Position numbers and translations under genes: made by a program
Shown here: positions 38,741-49,781 of the stretch, piece after piece
How positions within the stretch are numbered: position 1 is the stretch's first letter
How the letters are laid out: the number at the start of each line of letters is the position of its first letter
Notes under the pieces: generated by a model
Seen by the model: only the letters and a program-made list of their open reading frames with translations
What the model was told of the DNA's origin: nothing
Databases searched by the model: none
Source: Tubiluchus corallicola
Lineage: Eukaryota; Animalia; Priapulida
Assembly: GCA_030141605.1 (NCBI GenBank)
Contig: JAQGDQ010001180.1
Coordinates: 1-57,139 of the forward strand
Length of the DNA stretch: 57,139 bases
Direction: 5' to 3'

Positions 38741-39010
38741 TTAACACATCTCCAACAATATTTCATTAACGACGTTAAATTTTTGGGAGTGCATAAGGTT
38801 ACAAATGCTAGAAAAGTTCAACTCAGAATGTTCAATTCGTAAATCTTCTGTCACCGGACATCTCAATAAGACGTGGGCTTCTGTTTGAACTTCTTCCCCA
38901 CATGTACATAATCTGTCTTCTCTCGGTATTCTGGACCAACGTCCGGTTTCTATCATGAGATTATGCGATGACGTCCTAAGTCTGGTAAATTCAACTCTTT
39001 GGTAGTCCGG
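38741..39010 (-). mobile_element. Non-LTR retrotransposon ORF2 C-terminal remnant (RTE-X-like, CCHC region)
   Basis: Encodes TRLRTSSHNLMIETGRWSRIPREDRLCTCGEEVQTEAHVLLRCP, the RxSxHxLxIETGR...C..C...E.H.LL.CP motif. Confidence 0.8.
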
Positions 39011-39272
39011 CATTTCAGATTGTTTGTTTGTGATATCGGCAAAACGTTTGTGATTTGTGGTTCGCTCGTGTAGTAACCTTATTGGACTGAAAAGGTTTAT
39101 TAATCTAATTAGTTTCGGAGTTTTCACTTATGTGGACTTATACCTGCGTGTAAATTAGTGCAGAATGTAGAAACTAGTCCAGCCGTAGAGAGAAACGAAA
39201 CACTAAAAATGGTGTGATATAATTCTTATGGTGTGACGAGAGCAAAATTATATTTATGATCAATCAGATTAA

Positions 39273-39734
39273 CCCTTTCATACCCGTTGTATCCCGTGGG
39301 ATACGAGAATATTTTCTGCCTTTAAAATTAATAAAATTTTAAAACTGACAGTTATTTGATCTATTAATAGTTATTTTGATTTATGCCAACAACAATAGAC
39401 TAAAAATGGTGATAAAATGGCAAACTACAAAATCTACGTAGCATAAAAAACTGCGCAAGGTACAGTACTTTAGAGACGACTTTGTACAGATCAGCATAGC
39501 ATGCATACTAAATGTCTTAAATACTTTAAAAAATTATCAGCAGTTGCAAAATGAAGCACATTTTATGCTTCCATTGAATCCCAATGTATCCCGTGGGATA
39601 CAGGCTATATTTAGCACGCGGGCACAGGTAGAAAAAAAAATTATTATTATGTGTAAACAAGATGGACATACTGAACAAAAGTACCAAGCCAAAAACATTT
39701 TTCTTATTAAAGAAATAATTTGGGACTGAAAGGG
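39273..39734 (+). mobile_element. piggyBac-type MITE, copy 3
   Basis: Same termini, TTAA TSD and internal sequence. Confidence 0.88.
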
Positions 39735-41017
39735 TTAAGTGATTATGTGGCGAAAATGCTCAATAACTATTAAGCGTCTTTATAAGACTGGAAACGTTAA
39801 TTAATAACAATTACATTATTAGCCTTGTTATGATTAGGTTTATGAATAAACTATAAGTTGGATTTCCCTTATCCATTCTAATGTAACTACATATTAACTA
39901 ACGCGAGTAATGCGCTTGATCTAAGATATAAACAGGAATTCAACTTTATTCGGACAGTTGTGATAGATCCTGTTTGTACGTGGTAATTATAAGTCATAAG
40001 TCATTTATTTCACATTTACAATAGTTTCATGGACAATATATGGTGAAAGGGCCTACAATGAACATAATACAAATAAGCTTTTATTGTTTCTGCACAAGAA
40101 AAGCCTCATTCACTGTTCACCTATATACAAATGTAAATGTGTTGCGGGCAATCAAAAAGCAGGGCTTGTTAGATTGTCCCACACAATTAAATGGTTTTAC
40201 GGCTGTTAAATCTGAAAATATACAGTTTTCAAACATTCTCAGCTAGTTAATTGACTTTGCTAAACAAGTCGGAGGGGGGATAAACGGAAAAGGGAATTCT
40301 AGAGCTGTTTTCAAACAAACTTATAACTCTTTACGTTAACGCTTGGCGTTGAAAAGGCACAGATAATTGAACAAAGAAAATTCTTAATGTATAATTTAAA
40401 ATGTTCCCGCCAACTGGCAAAAACGTCACTGTTTCACAATCGCAGAGTGAGCCAAAAGCGTCACCATAGAGCACGAGAAAACATAATTATTATTAATCTT
40501 ACTGGCAAAATAAAGTTGTACTTTTGCTTAGTGAAACGTGTGCGGCGAATGTTCTGATTATTTTTTCGCACTTTACGCAATGTTTTTTAAACTTATTTCA
40601 AAAGACTTATCGTTAAAATGCTTAACGGTCACCGGAGGTGTTTAAATTTACAAGTTTTATTCAGCGTTACTGCCGGCGCAAGCCCTGTATGCAAAAACTT
40701 TTATACACACGTTACTGTTAATACAAACTTTGTGTTGAATAAGACAGCATGTAAATGATACAAAGTTTCAAGATGATTATAGCTTTATGTAAGAATAGTG
40801 TTTTCTTGTACTTTAATTATGAATTCATCACTTTACTTACATTGTTCTATAGTGTATAGGAAAGAAATTGATTTTCACATTAGCGACACGTTCATACTTT
40901 AATAGTAATAGTTAAGCATTGATTTCTCTTCGAGGCGAATCACAGTTCCGTTGCAACACATAAAGCTTTTCTTGGAGCCTTCCGTACTTTGCTGGTTGAT
41001 ATTTGGAAATAAAAATT

Positions 41018-42799
41018 TGCAACTATCACTGTTAAATGTCAAAAGCTTGAATGATCTTTAAAAAATTATTCGTTAAGTTATGGTGCAACTATTACTGTTA
41101 AATGTCAAAAGCTTGAATGATCTTTAAAAAATTATTCGTTAAGTTATGGTGCAACTTTCACTGTTAAATGTCAAAATCTTGAATGATCTTTAAAAATTAT
41201 TTGTTAAGTTATGGTGCAACTTTCACTGTTAAATGTCAAAAGTTTGAATGATCTTTAAAAAATTATTCGTTAAGTTATGGTGCAACTATCACTGTTAAAT
41301 GTCAAAAGTTTGAATGATCTTTAAAAAATTATTCGTTAAGTTATGATGCAACTTTCACTGTTAAATGTCAAAAGTTTGAATGATCTTTAAAAAATTATTC
41401 GTTAAGTTATGGTGCAACTATTACTGTTAAATGTCAAAACCTTGAATGATCTTTAAAACATTATTCGTTAAGTTATGGTGCAACTATCACTGTTAAATGT
41501 CAAAACCTTGAATGATCTTTAAAACATTATTCGTTAAGTTATGGTGCAACTTTCACTGTTAAATGTCAAAAGCTTGAATGATCTTTAAAACATTATTCGT
41601 TAAGTTATGGTGCAACTATCACTGTTAAATGTCAAAACCTTGAATGATCTTTAAAACATTATTCGTTAAGTTATGGTGCAACTTTCACTGTTAAATGTCA
41701 AAAGCTTGAATGATCTTTAAAAAATTATTCGTTAAGTTATGATGCAACTTTCACTGTTAAATGTCAAAAGCTTGAATGATCTTTAAAAAAATCTTCGTTA
41801 AGTTATGGTGCAACTTTCACTGTTAAATGTCAAAAGCTTGAATGATCTTTAAAAAATTATTCGTTAAGTTATGATGCAACTTTCAATGTTAAATGTCAAA
41901 AGCTTGAATGATCTTTAAAACATTATTCGTTAAGTTATGGTGCAACTATCACTGTTAAATGTCAAAACCTTGAATGATCTTTAAAACATTATTCGTTAAG
42001 TTATGGTGCAACTTTCACTGTTAAATGTCAAAAGCTTGAATGATCTTTAAAACATTATTCGTTAAGTTATGGTGCAACTATCACTGTTAAATGTCAAAAC
42101 CTTGAATGATCTTTAAAACATTATTCGTTAAGTTATGGTGCAACTTTCACTGTTAAATGTCAAAAGCTTGAATGATCTTTAAAAAATTATTCGTTAAGTT
42201 ATGATGCAACTTTCACTGTTAAATGTCAAAAGTTTGAATGATCTTTAAAAAATTATTCGTTAAGTTATGGTGCAACTTTCACTGTTAAATGTCAAAATCT
42301 TGAATGATCCTTAAAAAATTATTCGTTAAGTTATGGTGCAACTATCACTGTTAAATGTCAAAAGCTTGAATGATCTTTAAAAAATTATTCGTTAAGTTAT
42401 GGTGCAACTTTCACTGTTAAATGTCAAAATCTTGAATGATCTTTAAAAAATTATTCGTTAAGTTATGGTGCAACTATCACTGTTAAATGTCAAAAGCTTG
42501 AATGATCTTTAAAAAATTATTCGTTAAGTTATGGTGCAACTATCACTGTTAAATGTCAAAAGCTTGAATGATCTTTAAAAAATTATTCGTTAAGTTATGG
42601 TGCAACTTTCACTGTTAAATGTCAAAATCTTGAATGATCTTTAAAAAATTATTCGTCAAGTTATGGTGCAACTATCACTGTTAAATGTCAAAAGCTTGAA
42701 TGATCTTTAAAAAATTATTCGTTAAGTTATGGTGCAACTATCACTGTTAAATGTCAAAAGCTTGAATGATCTTTAAAAAATTATTCGTTAAGTTATGGT
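41018..42799. repeat. 66-bp tandem array, about 27 copies, in ZP intron 6
   Basis: Unit tgcaactatcactgttaaatgtcaaaagcttgaatgatctttaaaaaattattcgttaagttatgg. Confidence 0.97.
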
Positions 42800-43320
42800 T
42801 TAGTTACATGCAACTTGACTTGGCGGTGCCTTATGTGAGTGCGCACTATTACGGCGAATTTAAAAAAAATCTGTCTAAATCAGAACAGCAAATATTTTGG
42901 TGTAACCCTTTTCTACAATGTGAAAATTGTTCTATTTTAACTAAGAACACGTGCTGTAATGTGTCGTGTGGTTACAATAACATCTTAAGGCAAAAGCGTA
43001 ATCCTATCCTGGCTATGTGTTTTGATGCAGCATCACACGCAAGTTTAAATTAATAACTAGCACTCCGTTTACCTAAACCAGATCAAAAAGTTTAAAACAA
43101 CAAAATTCTGTACTCTTTTAGGATTTAAAAATTAATCAAATTTGCTATATTAATACTGCAAAAAACAAAAGTATAGAAGTAACATTAGTTTATAGAGTTG
43201 TTAGTTTACTAATTTACCACTGGAAATCCGTCGGCAAACGCATATGACATGCTTTATGTATAAAATACTTAAAAGTCACCAAAATCCTTTAAATAAATAA
43301 CTTTTTTTAAATATTTGCTT

Positions 43321-43720
43321 CAGTATCGAACCAGGTCAGTCACAAGAAATGAATTACAAATACCGTTATGCCGAACACAAGCTGAACAAAAATCTCCGAA
43401 CTACGGGGGGGGGGGGCTAAAGTATGGAATTCTTTGTCAACTCGATTAAGAAATAGTAGCAATATTAACTTGTTTAAAGGTCACCTTAAAGCTTTACATC
43501 AAAAGTGCTATTCTAATTAATTGTATTGTGCTTTTTAAATCTCGTCTTTTTGAGCTGTTTTTAAATTTTGACATGTTTTTTTAGTATTAGCCTGAATATT
43601 GTTTACAAACTGTTTACCAATCAGGGCCTTGTTGTAAATGATCTTTGCTCAATCAAGTTACACTGAAGAAATATCTTATCTTATCTCATCTCATATCATC
43701 TCATCTCATCTTATCTTATA
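43321..43720 (+). mobile_element. L2/Crack-like LINE 3' remnant
   Basis: Encodes QYRTRS...LQIPLCRT...KS..YGG, a G-run, then AKVWNSLSTRLR...LFKGHLK. The tail ends in (TCTTA/TCTCA)n. Confidence 0.7.
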
Positions 43721-43765
43721 GATACACATACCTACCTTTTTATTAAGTCAGTTTCTTATAAATAC

Positions 43766-43817
<52 letters not shown>

Positions 43818-43936
43818 TTTACTAAAAATATATTGTTAGGATTGGTCTTATTTTGGCAGGTTGAAGGGTATTATGGATTCCAAACAAAATAAAGCAAGAT
43901 GTTACTTCAAGATGTTCTTTTTAATTTCAATTTTAG

Positions 43937-44093
43937 ATGTCCTGCTGATCCCAAGTTCATTCAAATGTTGAAGAAGGAGACTCGAGGTCAGACGTCATTA
44001 GTGTACGGAACATTCAAGGCTTTCAAGTTCCCAGACAGACCTAATGTCTACTTCCAATGTAGCATTGAAGTGTGTGAGGAAACGTGTGGTGAT
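43937..44093 (+). CDS. ZP protein exon 7
   Basis: Encodes CPADPKF...FKAFKFPDRPNVYFQCSIEVCEETC, with the AFKFP...VYFQC...C cuticlin ZP-C signature. Confidence 0.93.
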
Positions 44094-44121
44094 GTAAGTT
44101 GTTGTTACTGTTTATGGTAAC

Positions 44122-45010
44122 TGAGATGAAATGAGGTGAGGTGAGGTGAGGTGGAGAGGGTGGGGTGAGGTGAGGCGAGGCGAGGTGAGGTGGTGTGAGT
44201 TGAGGTGGTGTGAGGTGAGGTGAAGTGAAGTGAGATGATGAGGAGTGGGGTGAGGTGAGGTGAGGCTAGGTGGAGTGGGGTGGGGTGGGGTGGTGAGGTG
44301 AGGTGAGGTGGAGAGGGTGGGGGAGGTGAGGCGAGGTAAAGAGAGGTGATGTGAGTTGAGGTGGGGTGAGGTGAGGTGAAGTGAAGTGAGATGATGTGGA
44401 GTGGGGTGAGGTGAGGTGAGGTGGAGAGGGTGACTGAAGTGAGACGAAGTAAAGAGAGGTGATGGGAGTTGAGGTGGGGTGGGGTGGGGTGGCGTGGGGT
44501 GAGGTGAGGTGAGGTGAGGTGGAGTGGGGTGGGGTGAGGTGAGGTGAGGTGAGGTGTGGTGGAGTGGGGTGATGTGAGGCTAGGTGGAGTGGAGCGGTTT
44601 GGGGTGAGGTGAGGTGGGGTGGGGTGGGGTGGGGTGGGGTGGGGTGGGGTGAGGTGAGGTGGAGTGGGGTGAGGTGAGGTGAGGTGAGGTGAGGTGTGGT
44701 GGACTGGGGTGATGTGAGGCTAGGTGGAGTGGAGCGGTTTGGGGTGAGGTGAGGTGTGGTGGAGAGGGTGGAGTGAGGTGAGACGAAGTAAAGAGATGTG
44801 ATGGGAGTTGAGGTGGAGTGGGGTGAGGTGAGGTGAGGTGGGGTAGGGTGGGATGAGGTGAGGTGAAGTGAAGTGAGATGATGTGGAGTGGGGTGAGGTG
44901 AGGTGAGGTTAGGTGGAGTGAGGCGAGTTGGGGTGGGGTGAGGTGAGGTGAGGTCGTGAGGTAAGCTGATGTGAAGTAGAGTGAGTGGGATGAAGTGAGG
45001 TCAGGTGAAA
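44122..45010. repeat. G-rich pentanucleotide array (GTGAG/GTGGG)n filling ZP intron 7
   Basis: Seen directly. Confidence 0.95.
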
Positions 45011-45223
45011 TGAGGAAATCAGGTCGCTCGAAACACGGTTGGGTGGAGTTAGAGGGATAAGGTGTAGTGGGTGAGTAAGGGAAGGCAAGGTTAGATATTG
45101 AATTGGGAAAAAATGAGATGACGCTTACGACGCTTCCACAGTTCATGAGTAACCCTTTCTTCAATTTCACAACTTACTAAACCATTATTTAGATTAAGAC
45201 TGTCATTTTTTCTTGCATTTTAG

Positions 45224-45614
45224 CAATATTGTTTGTCAAAACAATCTGAGGCACCGTACGGATTTTCCCCGACACCCAGCTATAATCGGGGAGGCGGATA
45301 TGGCGCTCCTCGCGGAGGTCAGAGATTTTCTTATGACATCCGAGCTGGAAGAAAGAGACGGTCAGTTGACGAGGAGGCACGGGATGTGCAGATAGACGAG
45401 TTTGTTAAAAAATCGCCAGAATTTGATAATCAAAATGTGACCAGCACAACAACAATACCAACAACAACAACAACAACAACAACAACAGCTGAAACGAAGA
45501 TTTTACTCACAAATAACACTGTCAACAGCATAATGCCAAGAAGAAAGATTCGCATGAAGGATATCTATAGGGGAGTGGTTATCAGACTGCCGGGGGAGCC
45601 TGAGTATGAGTTTG
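45224..45614 (+). CDS. ZP protein exon 8 (furin site RKRR, Thr-rich stalk)
   Basis: attttag|CAA TAT TGT; encodes GRKRRSV and poly-Thr; donor G|gtaaga. Confidence 0.9.
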
Positions 45615-45861
45615 GTAAGAAAAACCTTTAGCTACATCTGCTAGTGTCACTTAGTGATAGCAGAAATTTTAATAACAATTCTTCATTTAGCTTGCTTTTA
45701 AATTATGTTTCACAAACGCAAGATGTTTCGGCTTACTCGTACACCTTCTCTACTGAAGTTTCTGTAGTGTTAAACTCACTCAAAATGATTGTAAACCAAA
45801 ATTTTAGCTTGCAATATATTAGTGTGAATTCAACATTTATTACAGAAACTGGTCAATAATA

Positions 45862-46062
<201 letters not shown>

Positions 46063-47046
46063 ATACAAATATGTAATATACATACATTATACAATGTGAA
46101 TACCATTCAATGGTTGCCTACAGAGGTCATGAATGCGCTACAGTGCTAAAAATGCTTCTGGTGCAAAAAATTAAATCATTATAATGTAAAGGTTATAATG
46201 TAGTTTTAACGTAGTTCAGGTAGCAGTACATAAACACACAAGTAATAAAGTAAAAAATGACAATAAGCTACAGCAAAATATACTCCTATCTAAAAAAACT
46301 AAAACACATTTTTACAAATACAATCTCATATAAAATGATGCATAGAGGTAATGTACACGCGTATATTGACATAAACGCAAAATCATTTCACGGTACAATT
46401 AACCATTCGAACAGTACAATAATTTGAGGTTATATGTAAAGCAATAGGCTACAATATCGTGTATATATATATATATATATATATTGAAATAAACACCATA
46501 GATATAAAACATTACAAATACTATACAAATACTACACAACCTAAGTATTACAAAGACGTTCAAATACTACAGTAATACACTTTAACCAACAACTAAATAC
46601 ACTTAACATTTTTTAATGAATTTGGAGGTGAATAAAGTTAGAATGATAGTTTATGAATGAACCGAAACAAACCTGTAACAAAATATACCAAATTTTATTA
46701 ACAAGTAATTAAATTTTAGTTTTATTTATCCACTTTGCGTTATCGCTGTTTGTTTAACGCATTTATAAGCCACAGAACTTTTCCGACGTAAAGATTAGAA
46801 ACCAAATGTGTTTTGTAAAAACAAAAAGTAATTGCAACTGAACTACTTTGAATTTTTTAATGGAACGAACTGTGTGTTCAAATTAGAAATTTGAATGGTC
46901 AGTCAAGATCGCACGCTTGAGGGCACCACTGTGTTACAGGCAACTTCAGTTTAGTTTTCACTCCGTGCTAAACAAACTAGAACTAGTGATGCCATTCGTC
47001 CTCAACCACAAACTTTAAATTAAATTTCCTTTTAATTTTTTTACAG

Positions 47047-47231
47047 CTCCATTGCAAAGTCAACAACAATGCATCAGCAAGGCAGGATTTGCTTGGGGTG
47101 TTTCTATAATGGCTGCATTAGTTATCATCTCAATTATCGTATCATCGTTTCTATATATCAAAAGTCGACGCATGCGCACTGAGAAAGCGCGCGATCATGA
47201 CGTCATTGCACTAGAAACGATAAGACGATAG
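47047..47231 (+). CDS. ZP protein exon 9 (TM helix and short cytoplasmic tail)
   Basis: ttttacag|CT CCA; encodes QCISKAGFAWGVSIMAALVIISIIVSSFLYIKSRR...TIRR*. The nine exons total 2895 nt (964 aa + stop). AATAAA at 47983. Confidence 0.9.
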
Positions 47232-47453
47232 CACTTAGTAAAACCCTGTCAACATTAGCTTTGCTTGAAGAAGAACTGACAGATGCTCAAGGAATTGTTG
47301 TGGTAGATTTTTACAGTTGTTACCTCAAATTCTGTTGAAGGCCTAACATGTACTGATATGTCAGAGAAAATATCCTAGGCACTAATTTTACATAAAAAGC
47401 GAATATTAGCTTTTTGGGATTCACGCAATGTACAAGTTCGAGTTGAATTAATA

Positions 47454-47787
47454 AGCCTTTTCACAGTTAAAGCGATTGATGATGATCGTGAAAATGTCAA
47501 AGGTTAAGAGTGCCAGACAACGCATTTGTGTACACTTGACAATGCCTCACAGTCAGCTAAACAGTTTTAACATCTAGCTAGAGCATTACCTAGCTTATTT
47601 TTTCTTGTTCCCAAGCAAGATCCTGCTAGTAAGTCACTCTACGCACAGACTAATGCATAATTAAGTATTGAGTTTTGCGTTACTCACATGCCACGTGACG
47701 GTTGTAGTTAAGACGCGTTACTGTAGCACACTTAACCTTTGACCTACAGCAACTGCGCGTGCGCACAACAAAACTATGAAAAGACTT
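47454..47787 (-). mobile_element. AGCCTTTTCACAGTT-TIR MITE, reverse orientation, in the probable ZP 3'UTR
   Basis: Reverse complement of the 29113 and 37969 copies; lies between the stop (47231) and the first AATAAA seen (47983). Confidence 0.8.
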
Positions 47788-48509
47788 ATTCCTTGGAAAA
47801 TCACGCGGAGTAATAGTCAAAACAATTATATTTTTGTCATTTTTTATTATAACAATGATTTCATACAAGCTAACAGAAATTATAAATTGTTTCTTCTTAG
47901 TATTAATGCTTAGAAAATTCCATTCAATGTGATTTCTTGATAAATGTCAGTTAATTATTTCCAGTCTCAAGATGCGTGTGTAAATAAACATCTGTACATA
48001 TTCATTGTGCACGTATTTCTGCTGTTATTATAATTACGAAAATGCATTGTTATATTTTGCTTCATATATGCTGTGTATTTTAATTATACTTATATTATTA
48101 TTATGATTATTAAATTTATATTTTACAAAAAAGAGGATGTAAGGTTTAGCATTTAAAGTTTATTTAAGGCACCAACAGAGAGTAAGAAACACGGACAAAG
48201 TTGCACATGCCAAACAAGAATTATATCTCCAATTAACTAGACCTGCAGACAAGGAACAACAGGTTATAACTAGCAATCACCGAAACCTGAAAGAGCCTTA
48301 CAAAATGATAGAAATTAACAGACAAAAGACTGAAATATCATGATGCTTGGACAACCATAACAGCACTGAACAAAGACGGCAACAACAACAATGATATGTA
48401 TGATGAAGCTGACGATGACGGTGATGACAATGATATGGTAACAAAAGTTGTGATAATGATGATGTTCCAAATACTTCGTTTATGTTGAATTTCTATAGAA
48501 ACGAAATAT

Positions 48510-49781
48510 TTAGCCAATCCATTTCTTTAACAGTAAGTGCAGTTTAATGCGTAGATTTTTCTCATTTATAAACCCAGACGAAGGATCCATGACTGTTTGG
48601 TATTGCGCGATATTTTGCACACTCCACTGTCCGTGTCTTTCGTCTTTCTCCAATACTCTCCTCACAGATTTCAGAGGATCGTTGTTAAGCAGTTCAGTCC
48701 AACTACTTTCGCATAGCATCACCTTGCACGAATTATGCTTGCAGTAAAATTCCAAAGTCAAGCAACAACCACATGCTCTGCCTGGTCCAGTGTTATTGCA
48801 CAAAATGTGGCTGCCACACCAGTAAACCCGAAACTCTAGCTCATTTGTGACGTGGGTAACATGCATCTTCGAGTTGTTATCGATTTGCCCAATAGCTACC
48901 CTTTTGATGCCAGATATGAGTTCGGTTACCTGTCTCGGCTTGGCACGGAACATGGGTTCAGCTATTTCGTTGTTATGGTGATAAAGAAGAACGTTCAATT
49001 TTTCTGCATCGTTTAATATTCCGGTTGTCACGGGACCTTTGGCGAACAGATCAGGATGCATCATGGGAAACCTCAATTCGTACAAAATTTCAGCCAAGAC
49101 TTCTCTCTTGTTACAGACAGAAAGTTCCATTCCCTTACGCTGACACTCAGCATCGGCCCAACGTAACACAGCATCAAACAATTTCCCTTCGTCTTCAATA
49201 CTAAGCTCATCTCGTTTCACAATCTTCAGCAAACTGTCGTGACTCAACGACGTAAAATTCTCTGATTTAAGAACAACTTCAGGCTCAGCGTCTATGACCT
49301 TTAAGCATTTTAGTTCTATGTCTTTCCTCCCGTAGAGGGAAGCTGCTATCAAAATTGCACAGACGTTCTCGGGTGTAATATTAGATTCAAGAAAGGCCAT
49401 TGCCAGTTCTTCCAGTCCTAGAATTCTGTATTTCTTTGCAACGTAAAGTGTTGCAAGAACGTTATCACCCGTGAGTTCAGCCTCGTCGGTATAAATGTAT
49501 CTTATGAGCCGCTGGAAAGTATCAGGTCCAACATCATTGATTTTCACGTTATTGCCAACATCATGAGCCAACGGTCCGTAAAACATTTTCTTAAATACGT
49601 CACTCCTGAGACCAAGTAGCAGTCGGTTTGCTCTAAGAAGTTTCTCTTCCACTAAAAATGTTACATCGTAGAAATCCTCGTAATCATCGTTGTCGTAAAT
49701 GTGTTGAAATCGTTTTCCCCAGTCGCTTATTGAGTCCACTATTTCTGCCGGCGTTTGTGGGGTATCTCTCCATGTCGACAT
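48510..49781 (-). CDS. BTB/POZ-BACK protein (BTBD1/2/3/6-like N-terminus) with a divergent MATH-like C-terminus; uninterrupted CDS, 423 aa
   Basis: BTB: DVTFLV...ANRLLLGLRSDVFKKMFYG...YIYTD. BACK: LFDAVLRWADAEC...LRFPMM. The first true ATG is at 49781 (the track start at 49799 is TTG). Minus-strand AATAAA at 48159-48164. Confidence 0.93.
   Translation of the reverse strand: MSTWRDTPQTPAEIVDSISDWGKRFQHIYDNDDYEDFYDVTFLVEEKLLRANRLLLGLRSDVFKKMFYGPLAHDVGNNVKINDVGPDTFQRLIRYIYTDEAELTGDNVLATLYVAKKYRILGLEELAMAFLESNITPENVCAILIAASLYGRKDIELKCLKVIDAEPEVVLKSENFTSLSHDSLLKIVKRDELSIEDEGKLFDAVLRWADAECQRKGMELSVCNKREVLAEILYELRFPMMHPDLFAKGPVTTGILNDAEKLNVLLYHHNNEIAEPMFRAKPRQVTELISGIKRVAIGQIDNNSKMHVTHVTNELEFRVYWCGSHILCNNTGPGRACGCCLTLEFYCKHNSCKVMLCESSWTELLNNDPLKSVRRVLEKDERHGQWSVQNIAQYQTVMDPSSGFINEKNLRIKLHLLLKKWIG

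Noticed and set aside
44580-45170. Pro/His/Thr-rich extensin-like ORF on the minus strand
   Set aside because: Translation of the pentanucleotide intron repeat.
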